Positions 28,442 through 38,582 of a stretch of DNA of 64,000 nt are shown here, piece after piece (within the stretch, counting starts at the first letter, position 1; each line of letters starts with the position of its first letter). The translations under genes were made by a program, and so were the position numbers. Under the pieces are notes generated by a model. It had not been told where the DNA came from. It saw nothing but the letters and a program-made list of their open reading frames with translations, and searched no databases. This DNA is from Tannerellaceae bacterium (GTDB lineage: Bacteria > Bacteroidota > Bacteroidia > Bacteroidales > Tannerellaceae). The stretch is taken from positions 11,407 through 75,406 of the forward strand of contig JAJQAZ010000104.1 of the NCBI GenBank assembly GCA_021203545.1, in the 5' to 3' direction.

Positions 28442-29641
28442 TTAAATCACACGCCCCGGATAAGCTTCCAGTGCTTTGGCAAGAACAACTAATGCCCTGG
28501 CCAGATCTTCTTTTTTCAGTACATAGGCAATACGTACTTCGTTTCTGCCAAGTGCCGGATCGGTATAAAAACCTGATCCCGGAGCCATCATAATCGTTTG
28601 TTCTTCGTATTCAAATTCGCTCAGGCACCAGGCACAGAACTTATCCGAATCGTCTACCGGCAATTTTGCCATGGTATAAAATGCTCCCATAGGAATCGGT
28701 GAATAGCACCCCGGAATACGGTTGATTCCGTCAATCAGGAACTTACGTCTTTCCACATACTCATTATATACATCCAGCATATACTCTTCCGGCGCATCCA
28801 ACGAGGCTTCGGCAACCAACTGGCCAAGAAGCGGCGGACTTAACCGGGCCTGACACCATTTCATAACATTTTCTTTCACCATCTTGTTTTTGGTGATGAT
28901 TGCTCCGATCCGGATACCGCATTCGCTGTATCGTTTAGAAACAGAATCAACCAGTACAACATTGTTTTCAATGCCTTCGAGGTGAAATGCAGAGATATAA
29001 GGTGCACCGGTATAACAAAATTCCCGGTATACTTCGTCAGAGAAAAGAAACAGGTCGTATTTCTTAACCATATCCCGGATCTGGTTCATCTCTTTTTGTG
29101 TATATAAGTAACCTGTAGGATTGTTAGGGTTACAGATCAGGATCGCTTTGGTACGTGGAGTAATCAGTTCCTCGAATTTTTCGACAGACGGAAGGGCAAA
29201 ACCTTCGTCTATAGAGGAGGATACAGTTTTGATAACTGCTCCGCTGGAAATTGCGAATGCCATATAGTTTGCATAAGCCGGTTCGGGAACTATGATCTCA
29301 TCACCCGGATCCAGGCATGCCATGAAAGAAAAGAAAACCGCTTCCGAACCTCCGGTAGTAACAATGATATCGTCAACATCTACCATGATGTTGAATTTAT
29401 GATAGTATTTAACCAACTTTTCGCGGAAACTTAATATCCCTTCACTTGGAGAGTACTCCAGTACGGTACGGTCTATTTTTTTCAGTGCGTCAAGCGCTAC
29501 CTGTGGAGTAGGCAGATCGGGTTGTCCGATATTCAGGTGATAAACTTTACGACCTTTAGCTTTCGCCTTATTGGCAAGTGGAACGAGCTTTCTGATAGGC
29601 GAGGCAGGCATACTGACCCCTCGCTGTGAAATATTGGGCAT
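28442..29641 (-). CDS. Class I PLP-dependent aminotransferase (aspartate/aromatic type)
   Basis: 399 aa with SPIRKL, NPNNPTG and SVSKRYSECGIRIG (PLP lysine). Confidence 0.9.
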   Translation of the reverse strand: MPNISQRGVSMPASPIRKLVPLANKAKAKGRKVYHLNIGQPDLPTPQVALDALKKIDRTVLEYSPSEGILSFREKLVKYYHKFNIMVDVDDIIVTTGGSEAVFFSFMACLDPGDEIIVPEPAYANYMAFAISSGAVIKTVSSSIDEGFALPSVEKFEELITPRTKAILICNPNNPTGYLYTQKEMNQIRDMVKKYDLFLFSDEVYREFCYTGAPYISAFHLEGIENNVVLVDSVSKRYSECGIRIGAIITKNKMVKENVMKWCQARLSPPLLGQLVAEASLDAPEEYMLDVYNEYVERRKFLIDGINRIPGCYSPIPMGAFYTMAKLPVDDSDKFCAWCLSEFEYEEQTIMMAPGSGFYTDPALGRNEVRIAYVLKKEDLARALVVLAKALEAYPGRVI

Positions 29642-29733
29642 CCTGTATTGTTTTGTAAATAAATTAGTTCAATTGAATGTAAAATGCCACAAAAATAGCG
29701 CAACTTGCGAGATTTTGCAAATAAAAAACCGTA

Positions 29734-30636
29734 TTAAATACCCGGAGGGGGAGAATCTTTACTTGCATGCATGGTAGATACAAATGCCTTCGGGTCAATT
29801 ATTTTAACTTCATCTTTCAAACGAGGCAGGTCTTTCCGTTCTGCAATGGTAAAAATAATATCTTTTTCTTTCCCCTCATACATTCCACGGCCATGCAGGA
29901 ACGTACCCCGCATACCCATTTTGTCAACAATTAATTCTTTGATCTCCTGTGTTTTGGCGGAAACAATAAAGACAGCCCGGTTGGGATTCTCAACTTGAAA
30001 CATTTCCACTACTTTACCGTACACAAAAATGGTAAACCATGAATAAAGGGGAACTGCCCAATCCTGAAATACCAGCAGCCCCAGCATTACGATAGCAGAG
30101 TCAAGTAAAATGATGGTATTGCTCACTTTCAGGCCGGCGCTGTTTGCTATAACCTGGGCTAAAACATCAGTTCCGGCACTGGTACTATGTGCACGAAAAA
30201 TACAGGTAACTCCTAATCCCAGAATAGCACCACCATAGAAACAGGCAATGAAAGGATCATTTTCTACTAAAGGCAGTTCCCTGAAAAAGTAAGATAAGGT
30301 ATCTGTAAATGCAGAAATTAATAAAAACGAGACAATTGTTCTGGGGCCAGAAGACAATCCTAATTTTTTTATAGCCAGAAACAGAAGAGGTATATTAAAG
30401 CACAGCGCCGTAGCTCCCATGGGTAATCCGTCAGGAAAAAAGGAAAACACTCCATGCGTTACATGGTGTATTACAATAGAAATACCATACACACCACCCG
30501 GTACAATTTTATAGGGAGCCAGAAATACTACGTAACTAAGTGCCTGAAGAAATGCGCCTAATACGATAAGTATATAAGCCGAAATGTTTTTTTTGAGGCT
30601 GTAGGGTAGTGTCCTCGTTTGTTGTTTGTTCACCAT
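29734..30636 (-). CDS. YitT-family membrane protein (DUF2179 C-terminal domain)
   Basis: 300 aa: five or six TM helices, then a soluble C-domain (VFIVSAKTQEIKELIVDKMGMRGTFLHGRGMY). Confidence 0.85.
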   Translation of the reverse strand: MVNKQQTRTLPYSLKKNISAYILIVLGAFLQALSYVVFLAPYKIVPGGVYGISIVIHHVTHGVFSFFPDGLPMGATALCFNIPLLFLAIKKLGLSSGPRTIVSFLLISAFTDTLSYFFRELPLVENDPFIACFYGGAILGLGVTCIFRAHSTSAGTDVLAQVIANSAGLKVSNTIILLDSAIVMLGLLVFQDWAVPLYSWFTIFVYGKVVEMFQVENPNRAVFIVSAKTQEIKELIVDKMGMRGTFLHGRGMYEGKEKDIIFTIAERKDLPRLKDEVKIIDPKAFVSTMHASKDSPPPGI

Positions 30637-30663
30637 AGCGTTTTAGCGGGCATTAAATTTCTG

Positions 30664-30671
30664 CAAAGATA
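30664..30671 (-). promoter_or_regulatory. -7 box TATCTTTG (minus strand) for the YitT-family gene
   Basis: Plus-strand CAAAGATA, 28 nt upstream of the ATG at 30636. Confidence 0.45.
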
Positions 30672-30674
30672 GAA

Positions 30675-30712
30675 ATAAAAAAGAAGGATGTATCTGCAAG
30701 AGGTACATCCTT
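30675..30712 (-). terminator. Intrinsic terminator of the LTXXQ-protein gene
   Basis: A 9-bp stem, AAGGATGTA (30684-30692) with TACATCCTT (30704-30712), followed on the minus strand by CTTTTTTATTT. Confidence 0.65.
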
Positions 30713-30750
30713 TCGTATAAATCGATTTAAATAGATTGTTTTTCTTTTTT

Positions 30751-31143
30751 TTACTTATATGCCAGATATGAATCCGGGAGCGCGTCAATATAAACTTTCC
30801 GTTCGTTGTTATTATTCGTAATGTTTAATAACACTACATATTTGCGGTATTGCTCTGCTGAAAGAGTCTCTTTCATCAGTTTCAGATTGCTGACAAGAGC
30901 ATACTGCATGCGTTTATACTGATTTTTTGAACTGCTACGTAAACTTTCTTTTTGTAACTCAATAAAAAACTCGTTAATACTTGCTACTTCTGCTTTTTGT
31001 GCCGGAGTTAACTCCAGGTATTTGCTCAGCTTTTCTGTGCTGGCAGCAAAAGGAACTTTTGTAAATCTCTCTTCTTTGCCTTTTGCAAAACTAATAGTTG
31101 TACAAAGCAAAAGGGCGATAATTGATAAACCTAAACTTTTCAT
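30751..31143 (-). CDS. Secreted helical protein with two LTXXQ-like motifs (Spy/CpxP-like periplasmic protein)
   Basis: 130 aa with signal peptide MKSLGLSIIALLLCTTISFA and the motifs LELTPAQKAEV and TLSAEQYRKY. Confidence 0.65.
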   Translation of the reverse strand: MKSLGLSIIALLLCTTISFAKGKEERFTKVPFAASTEKLSKYLELTPAQKAEVASINEFFIELQKESLRSSSKNQYKRMQYALVSNLKLMKETLSAEQYRKYVVLLNITNNNNERKVYIDALPDSYLAYK

Positions 31144-31416
31144 AACGACTAAACCTTTAAAATAATAAACCTAAAATAACCTAAAACCTATAAATGCATT
31201 TGCATTACCTAAACAATCTTTTGCTTTAAATCGTAATGCAAATATAAAAATATGTTTTAAAACATAGCTTCTTGATATGGTTAATAAATATTAATATTGT
31301 GTGTTTTAATTGTTTTGACCGGATTTTGCAATCATTTTGTAATATTATATTCGGTGTTGTATGTTAAAATGACAATTGTTGTTCTCCTGTTATAATAATC
31401 TGTATAGAATGTGTTC

Positions 31417-32598
31417 TTATGGGAGCAGCTTATATTTCTCATAAAAAGGTTTTGATAGAAAAATGTAGACAAACAGGGATAATATACAACAGCCTGCACC
31501 TGCCAGAAAAGCTGCTGATAAACTGTAGTGGTTTGCAATAAAACCAGCTGCTAATGTACCGGTTCCAACACCAATATCAAAAGAGGTAAGATAAGTAGAA
31601 GTTGCGGTACCGCGCCTGTCGGGTGATGCTACATTTACAAAAATATATTGGTAAGCCGGAACGCTTATACCGAAACCGGTACCGATAAGAAGAGCACAAA
31701 AATGAAAAACCCATTCGTGATGAACAAAAGAGAAAAGCAGAAAAGAGAGTGTCAAACAGAGTAATGCGCATATAGATACACTATGTACTTTACCTGTGTC
31801 GATCAATTTTCCGGAAATAACCCGGGAAATACCTACCCCTATAGCCATGAATATAAAGAAGTAGCTGGGCGAAGAGATACTGATCTCTTTTCCATATAAT
31901 ATAACAAAAGAGACTATCATGCCGTATGGAATAGCACTTAATATGTAAGAAAGTGCTGAAGGTAAGGCTTTGACAAGAATGAAACGATCTAAAGAGAAGG
32001 GCGGACGGTGGACCGGCTTTTTGCTTGTGTAGCGGATCATTATCACAGAAATAACCACTACCACAGCCGTAAGAAAGGTTAGTAAGATTAACGGGTGAAA
32101 CCCGTGTGTATTATAGAACCATACCGCAACAACCGGAGCGAGTGACATCGAAAGGTTTAGAGTTACTCCATAGAATCCCATGCCTTCGCCCCGCCGTTGT
32201 GAAGGTATAACATCTATCGTGATTGTATTGCCGGCTACGGAGGTTAGCCCCATAAATCCACCCTGTACAAAACGAACAAGCATTACACGGAGAACCGTAT
32301 TGGCAAAAAAGTAACCGGTAAACAGCAGTGTGAAAAGTATAAAAGCAAAGAGATAAAGCGGTTTCCGGGAGAAACTATCTACCAGATAACCGGAAAAAGG
32401 CCGTACACATAATAAGCCGATTGTATAACTGGATAGAGCTAAACCAACGGAAGAAGGGTTATGTAACTCTTCCGTCAGGTAAACAGGCATAGTGGGCATC
32501 AGCATATAAAATGTAAAGCTCATGAAAAAATAGGAAACACAACATTGTATAAAATTCCTGTTCCACAAAGCAGGCTTCTGTTCCTGTATTGAAATCAT
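31417..32598 (-). CDS. MFS transporter (12 TM)
   Basis: Start set at MISIQEQKPALWNRNF (cat 32596-32598), 1 nt after the upstream ABC-F stop. It is hydrophobic throughout and has the MFS loop motif GYLVDSFSRKP. Confidence 0.85.
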   Translation of the reverse strand: MISIQEQKPALWNRNFIQCCVSYFFMSFTFYMLMPTMPVYLTEELHNPSSVGLALSSYTIGLLCVRPFSGYLVDSFSRKPLYLFAFILFTLLFTGYFFANTVLRVMLVRFVQGGFMGLTSVAGNTITIDVIPSQRRGEGMGFYGVTLNLSMSLAPVVAVWFYNTHGFHPLILLTFLTAVVVVISVIMIRYTSKKPVHRPPFSLDRFILVKALPSALSYILSAIPYGMIVSFVILYGKEISISSPSYFFIFMAIGVGISRVISGKLIDTGKVHSVSICALLCLTLSFLLFSFVHHEWVFHFCALLIGTGFGISVPAYQYIFVNVASPDRRGTATSTYLTSFDIGVGTGTLAAGFIANHYSLSAAFLAGAGCCILSLFVYIFLSKPFYEKYKLLP

Positions 32599-32599
32599 A

Positions 32600-34474
32600 T
32601 CAGGCAAGTTCACTAAGTTCGAGCCAACGCATCGTCTTTTCGTCAATCTCTTCAATCAACTGTGCTATGCGTTCTCCTCCGGCTATCAGTTCTTTGTTGC
32701 TGAGTGCTCCACTGCTCATACTTGTCTCCAGCTCGCTTTTCTCCTGTTCAAGTAACGGAATCTCTTTTTCCAGTGCCTCAAATTCCTGTTTCTCTTTGAA
32801 AGAGAGTTTCTTTTTGGTCTCTGTGCGGGATTTCTCCTGCTTTTCGGTTGCAGGCTTTTGCCGGGCGGTTTCTGCCTCTTTTTCCAATTTGTCCTGAACC
32901 TCTTTCCACTCGCGGTATTGGGTATAATTACCGGGAAAATCTTTTATATCTGCATTTCCACGAAATACTAACAGATGGTCTACCACTTTATCCATAAAAT
33001 ACCGGTCGTGAGAAACCACAATCACACAACCTTTAAATGTTTTAAGATATTCCTCCAGAACATTTAATGTGATAATATCCAGATCGTTGGTAGGCTCATC
33101 CAGTACAAGGAAGTTTGGATTCTGCATTAAGACAGTACATAGGTATAGCCTTCGCTTTTCGCCTCCGCTTAATTTATATACGTAATTATGTTGTCTATCG
33201 GGAGTAAAAAGAAAATAGTTCAGGAATTGGGATACAGTCATTTTCTTACCGTCTCCCAAATCTACATATTCAGCAATATTCTGAACCACATCAATAACTT
33301 TCATCTGTTCGTCGAACTGTAGTCCGTTCTGGCTATAATATCCAAACCGCACGGTTTCGCCAATATCAAACCGGCCACTATCCGGTGCTACATCACCAAT
33401 CAGCATTTTAATGAAAGTAGACTTTCCGGTTCCGTTGTTGCCTACGATACCCATTTTTTCGAACCGGGCAAACGTATAGTTAAAATCTTCAACAATCCGG
33501 ATATCGCCAAACCGTTTACTTACATGTTCGGCTTCAAATATTTTAGAACCTATATAGGCCGATTTTACTTCCAGATTAACTGTTCCGGCATCACGGGGCT
33601 GTTTTACCTTTTTCTCCAGTTCATGAAATGCATCGATCCTGTATTTTGCCTTTGTGCCTCTTGCCTGTGGCTGCCTGCGCATCCATTCCAGTTCTTTTTT
33701 GAAAAGATTCCCGGCCCGTTCGGCTTCCGCGTTGAATGCCTCCACACGTTCCTCCCGTTTTTCCAGGTAATAACTATAATTCCCTTTATACTGGTAAATC
33801 TGCTGACGGTCTATTTCCATGATCTCATTACAAACCCGGTCCAGAAAATACCTGTCGTGTGTAACCATAAGGATACTTATTGTCTGGCGGCTAAGGTAAT
33901 TTTCCAGCCATTCGGTCATTTCCAGGTCCAAATGGTTGGTAGGCTCATCCAGAATAATCAGTTCCGGTTCGGTAATCAGTACATTTGCCAGGGCAACACG
34001 TTTCAGTTGTCCGCCGGATAACTCCTCCACCTTCTGGTCAAAGTCCGTAATTTTAAGTTGGGATAAAATCTGTTTGGCACGTTGCTCATAATCCCAGGCT
34101 TTTAACGTATCCATACGTACCAGAATATCTTCAAGCGCAACCGTATCGTTTCCGGCTATTGCTTTCTCATAAGCCGCAATTAGCTGAACTGTTTCGTTTT
34201 GTGAATAAAAACAGGCCTGTAGTACGGTTAATCCGGCAGGATAAACAGGAGTTTGTTCCAGATAACCTATTCGCAGATCATTGCGGAATACTACTGACCC
34301 ACTATCATAATCTTCATTCCCTGCTATAATATTAAGTAAGGTCGTTTTGCCTGAACCGTTTTTCGCAATGAGTCCAATCTTTTGTCCTTGGGCAATACCA
34401 AAAGAAATGTCGCTGAATAGTAAGAGGTCGCCAAAACTTTTGGTCAATCCGTCGATCTGTAAATAACTTATCAT
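32600..34474 (-). CDS. ABC-F family ATPase, Uup-like (canonical double ABC domain plus C-terminal coiled coil)
   Basis: Start set at MISYLQIDGLTKSFG (cat 34472-34474). NBD1 has KNGSGKTT, LSGGQLKR and ILDEPTNHLD. NBD2 has NNGTGKST, LSGGEKRR and [11 protein letters not shown]. The C-terminus is K/E-rich. Confidence 0.9.
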   Translation of the reverse strand: MISYLQIDGLTKSFGDLLLFSDISFGIAQGQKIGLIAKNGSGKTTLLNIIAGNEDYDSGSVVFRNDLRIGYLEQTPVYPAGLTVLQACFYSQNETVQLIAAYEKAIAGNDTVALEDILVRMDTLKAWDYEQRAKQILSQLKITDFDQKVEELSGGQLKRVALANVLITEPELIILDEPTNHLDLEMTEWLENYLSRQTISILMVTHDRYFLDRVCNEIMEIDRQQIYQYKGNYSYYLEKREERVEAFNAEAERAGNLFKKELEWMRRQPQARGTKAKYRIDAFHELEKKVKQPRDAGTVNLEVKSAYIGSKIFEAEHVSKRFGDIRIVEDFNYTFARFEKMGIVGNNGTGKSTFIKMLIGDVAPDSGRFDIGETVRFGYYSQNGLQFDEQMKVIDVVQNIAEYVDLGDGKKMTVSQFLNYFLFTPDRQHNYVYKLSGGEKRRLYLCTVLMQNPNFLVLDEPTNDLDIITLNVLEEYLKTFKGCVIVVSHDRYFMDKVVDHLLVFRGNADIKDFPGNYTQYREWKEVQDKLEKEAETARQKPATEKQEKSRTETKKKLSFKEKQEFEALEKEIPLLEQEKSELETSMSSGALSNKELIAGGERIAQLIEEIDEKTMRWLELSELA

Positions 34475-35048
34475 TTTTATTTTATTAAGGAGTATATCCG
34501 GGTACAAAGATAACAAATACATGAAATAGAATAGTTTTTTTACCTGATAGACAATAACAGGAAACCATTTGTCGTTTTTATATACAGAGGGAATGTTTTG
34601 TATGGGTGATAAAAAACGGTAGACTTAAATGTTATTATACTGGGATTAAATAAGGCTAAGCTAAACAAAAGAAAGGAGGCAAATAATGATTTATTCTGTT
34701 AATAAAGGTGGCTTCCGGATGGCCTATAGTACGATCCCTTCTGCTCTGGTATTTCTTTCTGCACGCCTTTTAAAAAAAGGACAGGCCGGTACCATCCCCT
34801 ATATAAATATCTTTGTATCGGTACTGGAACGGAGTGTTAATCATGTAGTGGAACCGGATTTTTTATCGGAACCTTTCTTTTACGGATGGGGTAGTTGTAA
34901 AGATAAAAAGTTTGATCCGGAAGAGTTTTTTATAAGTACGAGTTTTATATCCTATTACCTGTATATAAATTATGACGCATAAAAATAATATTTCGAAAAG
35001 AAACCAAATATTAATAAATATCGAATGACAATGAGACGTTTTTATCTC

Positions 35049-35056
35049 TACATTTG
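35049..35056 (+). promoter_or_regulatory. -7 box TACATTTG for the NhaD-type antiporter gene
   Basis: Exact TAnnTTTG 38 nt upstream of the ATG at 35094. Confidence 0.45.
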
Positions 35057-35093
35057 CCGCGTGTTAATTATAAATTAAAAACGTGTTTAGGTT

Positions 35094-36518
35094 ATGTTGA
35101 CATGTATGATTTTGGTATTTCTGGCCGGATACCTGGTGATAGCTTTGGAGCATCCTTTCAGAATTAATAAATCAGGAACGGCTTTATTAACAGGTACTCT
35201 GCTCTGGGTTTTGTATATGTATGCAGCCCCTTCTCTGATTCCTTTTGCCTCAGCTGATGAGTTTGCTCATTTTTTAGAGTCCTATCCGGCATTGGCCTCC
35301 CTGCCTTTTGCGGAACAAAGTATTCGTTTTGTGGTAGAACATCAGATCATAGAAAGTATAGGGGATATCTCTGAAACATTGTTGTTTCTGGTAGGAGCTA
35401 TGATCATTGTTGAGTTAATTGATGGCTACGGCGGATTTATTTTCATAACGAACCGGATAACGACTAAAAACAAGAAAAAGCTACTGGTTTTGATTGCTTG
35501 CCTAACCTTCTTTATGTCGGTCTTATTGGATAATCTTACTACTTCAATCGTAATGATTATGCTGATATGGAAACTGATAGGGAATTACAAAGAACGCTGG
35601 ATATTCGGAAGCATCATTATTATCGCAGCCAATAGCGGAGGAGCCTGGTCGCCGATTGGCGATATTACCACGATCATGTTATGGGTGCGGGGCAACATAT
35701 CAACCTCAATGACTATTCCTTATTTATTTCTGCCTTGTGTGGTTTCGTGTCTGATCCCGGTATTAATAGCCCGCCATTTCCTGCACGGAGATATACAATC
35801 ACCTATTCATGCGGAAGACAATGAGAACGATTTGCTGGTCAGGCACCTGAAAAAGAAAGACCGGCTTTTTATTCTGATTCTTGGAATTCTTTGTTTATTG
35901 TTTGTTCCGGTATTTAAAACGATTACCCATTTACCTCCTTTTATGGGCGTATTGATGGGGGTAGGCCTTCTATGGGTTTATACGGATAGTATATATAAAA
36001 GAAGGTCTATAGACCAAAACCTGAAATTAGATCTCGGGCGGGTTGTACACCGTATCGACGGGGCAACATTATTGTTTTTCCTCGGTATCCTGTTGGCGGT
36101 AGATGCGCTTAAAGTTGCCGGAATCCTTTCTGATTTCTCTTTGTGGCTGGATAGCCGTGTGGGCAATGTATATGTTGTAAACCTCCTGATAGGAGCCTTT
36201 TCCGCAGTAGTAGATAACGTACCGTTAGTAGCCGGTGCTATAGGAATGTATCCGGTGGCTACAGACGCAATGGTAGCTACGGCCTCCAATCCTGATTATC
36301 TGGTTAATTTTATGCAGGACGGTATATTCTGGCAATTCCTTGCCTATTGTGCCGGTGTGGGAGGTAGTATGCTCATCATCGGATCTGCTGCCGGTGTAGT
36401 AGTTATGGGACTCGAAAGGATAAACTTCATCTGGTATCTGAAGAATATTTCTTTCATGGCGTTGTCCGGATATCTGGCTGGTGCAGCGGTTTATGTTATA
36501 GAACGACTCATCTTTTAA
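35094..36518 (+). CDS. Na+/H+ antiporter, NhaD/ArsB permease superfamily
   Basis: 474-aa polytopic membrane protein; LLDNLTTSIVM, AANSGGAWSPIGDITT and VVDNVPLVA are typical of NhaD-like antiporters. Confidence 0.8.
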   Translation: MLTCMILVFLAGYLVIALEHPFRINKSGTALLTGTLLWVLYMYAAPSLIPFASADEFAHFLESYPALASLPFAEQSIRFVVEHQIIESIGDISETLLFLVGAMIIVELIDGYGGFIFITNRITTKNKKKLLVLIACLTFFMSVLLDNLTTSIVMIMLIWKLIGNYKERWIFGSIIIIAANSGGAWSPIGDITTIMLWVRGNISTSMTIPYLFLPCVVSCLIPVLIARHFLHGDIQSPIHAEDNENDLLVRHLKKKDRLFILILGILCLLFVPVFKTITHLPPFMGVLMGVGLLWVYTDSIYKRRSIDQNLKLDLGRVVHRIDGATLLFFLGILLAVDALKVAGILSDFSLWLDSRVGNVYVVNLLIGAFSAVVDNVPLVAGAIGMYPVATDAMVATASNPDYLVNFMQDGIFWQFLAYCAGVGGSMLIIGSAAGVVVMGLERINFIWYLKNISFMALSGYLAGAAVYVIERLIF

Positions 36519-36567
36519 AAAATCCTGTTACTTTTGTAGTCTGAATTTTAATGAAATAACAAAAGAT

Positions 36568-37185
36568 ATGGGAATCTTATCAAAATTTACAGATAAAAGA
36601 GAGGCTGCGGCAGCAGAAAGTCAAAGTCGTGCGGAGGAATTTATTTATCTGATCCGGGTGTATTATCAGTCCGTTATGGCTGTACAGATGGGCATCACCA
36701 ACATGAATATCCTGAACGATATGGCGCTGTTTAAACGGATGTTGAAAATTCCTACCCAGAACAATAAACTGGGGGTGGCAGAAAAGTCCAAAGTACGCAA
36801 GATATTGATGCAGGATTATGGCCTTGGAGAAATTTTTTTCAAGGAAATAGATATATCAATCAAGAAGAATTGCCGTACAATCAATGATGTACAAGGGTAT
36901 TTCTTTAAATTTCAGGGGTTCTGTACAGATCTTTTTAAATTAATGGAATCGCAAATGGGCTGGAAGTTCCGCTTTTCTATGTTGTTTAAGAAGTTCCTGT
37001 ATAAAAATACCCGGAATATGGTTCATGAAATCGTAAACCGTTCCGAATGGCAAGATATCAACGTGCAGAAAGCAGCCTGGGTAATCCGGAAATACAAAGA
37101 ATCACTGGGTTATTCCGAAGAGTGGATGACCGATTTTATATATCATGTGATAGTGCTGTCCAGTCGCGGAAAAAAGAAAAAGTAA
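36568..37185 (+). CDS. Hypothetical cytoplasmic protein (205 aa)
   Basis: Clean ORF between nhaD and a strong terminator. No motif recognised. Confidence 0.7.
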   Translation: MGILSKFTDKREAAAAESQSRAEEFIYLIRVYYQSVMAVQMGITNMNILNDMALFKRMLKIPTQNNKLGVAEKSKVRKILMQDYGLGEIFFKEIDISIKKNCRTINDVQGYFFKFQGFCTDLFKLMESQMGWKFRFSMLFKKFLYKNTRNMVHEIVNRSEWQDINVQKAAWVIRKYKESLGYSEEWMTDFIYHVIVLSSRGKKKK

Positions 37186-37215
37186 CAGATAGCCCGTAAC
37201 TTACGGATAGAAGTA

Positions 37216-37270
37216 TAAAAAACACGGATAGGGAGAGATTATAAGCTCTGCTATCCGTGTTTTCTTTTTT
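37216..37270 (+). terminator. Intrinsic terminator
   Basis: A 10-bp stem, ACACGGATAG (37221-37230) with CTATCCGTGT (37250-37259), followed by TTTCTTTTTT. Confidence 0.7.
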
Positions 37271-37346
37271 CCGGAAGTTAACGGTTTTATATAAATGTTT
37301 TTTGTAAATTTGTATATAACAAACACTAATAGCAGATTAGGAACAA

Positions 37347-38582
37347 ATGAACGGCCCATATATTTCCCCCTTTTCTAAACCTCTATATGTCATGTTGAAA
37401 CCGGTAGGATCGGTTTGTAACCTGGCTTGCGAGTACTGTTATTACCTGGAAAAAGGGAAATATTATCCGGAAGTTAAAAATCATATCCTAACGGATGAGT
37501 TGCTGGAGAAGTTTATCCGTGAATATCTGGCCTGTCAAACCATGCCACAGGTATTATTTACCTGGCACGGGGGCGAAACGTTGATGCGGCCTGTATCTTT
37601 TTATAAAAAAGCGTTGGCTTTACAGAAACAATATGGTCATGGCAGGCAGATTGATAACTGTATCCAGACAAATGGTACTTTACTGACAGACGAATGGTGC
37701 CGCTTTTTCCGGGAAAACAATTTCTTGGTAGGAATATCCATTGACGGACCGCAGGAGTTTCACGATGAATATCGCCGTAATAAACAGGGACTCCCTTCTT
37801 ATTATAAGGTAATGAAAGGGATAGAACTACTCAAAAAACATGGAGTAGAATATAATGCCATGGCTGTAATAAATGATTACAACGTGGACTATCCGCTTGA
37901 CTTTTATAATTTTTTTAAGGAAATAGATTGCCGTTTTATTCAATTTGCCCCTATCGTGGAACGCATCTTACATACAAGTCAGCAGACTGCGCTGGCAACT
38001 CCGGCAGAACAGGGCTCTGGTGTGGAACTGGCTCCGTTTTCAGTAGACCCGGATAAATGGGGCGATTTCCTCTGTGCGTTGTTCGACGAATGGATCAAAG
38101 AAGATGTTGGAAAATATTATATCCAGTTGTTTGATGCAACATTGGCAAATTGGGTAGGCGAACAGCCCGGTATATGCACTATGGCCCGCCATTGCGGGCA
38201 TGCCGGAGTTATGGAGTTTAACGGCGATGTCTATGCATGCGACCATTTTGTTTTTCCGGAATATAAACTGGGAAATATTCATACAAAGACACTCACCGAA
38301 ATGATGTATAGTAAGCGGCAAATGGATTTCGGTTCGGCAAAGCAGAATTCGCTACCGGAAATGTGCCGGGAATGTGAGTTTGGATTTGCCTGTAACGGAG
38401 AATGTCCTAAGAACCGTTTTTTAACGACTCCACAGGGAGAACCCGGATTAAATTATCTGTGTAAAGGATATAAAAAGTATTTTGCCCATGTAGCCCCTTA
38501 TATGGATTATATGAAACAGGAACTAATGGCACAGCGTCCGCCGGCCAATGTTATGGCTTGGGCGAAATCAATAAACAAATGA
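37347..38582 (+). CDS. Anaerobic sulfatase-maturating enzyme (radical SAM / SPASM)
   Basis: 411 aa; radical-SAM CNLACEYCYY and SPASM-type Cys clusters (CTMARHCGHAG, CDHFVFPEYKLGN, CRECEFGFACNGECPKNRF). Near full-length resemblance to my recollection of Bacteroides anSME (ChuR). Confidence 0.9.
   Translation: MNGPYISPFSKPLYVMLKPVGSVCNLACEYCYYLEKGKYYPEVKNHILTDELLEKFIREYLACQTMPQVLFTWHGGETLMRPVSFYKKALALQKQYGHGRQIDNCIQTNGTLLTDEWCRFFRENNFLVGISIDGPQEFHDEYRRNKQGLPSYYKVMKGIELLKKHGVEYNAMAVINDYNVDYPLDFYNFFKEIDCRFIQFAPIVERILHTSQQTALATPAEQGSGVELAPFSVDPDKWGDFLCALFDEWIKEDVGKYYIQLFDATLANWVGEQPGICTMARHCGHAGVMEFNGDVYACDHFVFPEYKLGNIHTKTLTEMMYSKRQMDFGSAKQNSLPEMCRECEFGFACNGECPKNRFLTTPQGEPGLNYLCKGYKKYFAHVAPYMDYMKQELMAQRPPANVMAWAKSINK

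Noticed and set aside
31152-31246. AACCT(A)AAA repeats (31152, 31168, 31178, 31185) and ATGCAAAT-type palindrome (AATGCA-TT-TGCATT at 31193-31206) in the leader/promoter of the LTXXQ gene
   Set aside because: The spacing is irregular (16, 10 and 7 nt) and the region is very AT-rich. This may be an operator, but low-complexity chance similarity cannot be excluded by eye.
33524-34021. 165-aa ORF antisense to the Uup-like ABC-F. Similar antisense ORFs lie at 16107..16568 (in lon), 13995..14456 (in the lipid kinase), 55391..55924 (in pepO), 3773..4207 and 12662..13057.
   Set aside because: All lie inside strongly supported genes on the opposite strand and have no recognisable domains.
37347-38582. 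The radical SAM/SPASM enzyme as a RiPP maturase, with TldD/PmbA as leader peptidases
   Set aside because: The protein matches, over its full length, my recollection of the Bacteroides anaerobic sulfatase-maturating enzyme. No small precursor-peptide ORF is visible upstream or downstream. The RiPP idea is kept only as a remote alternative.
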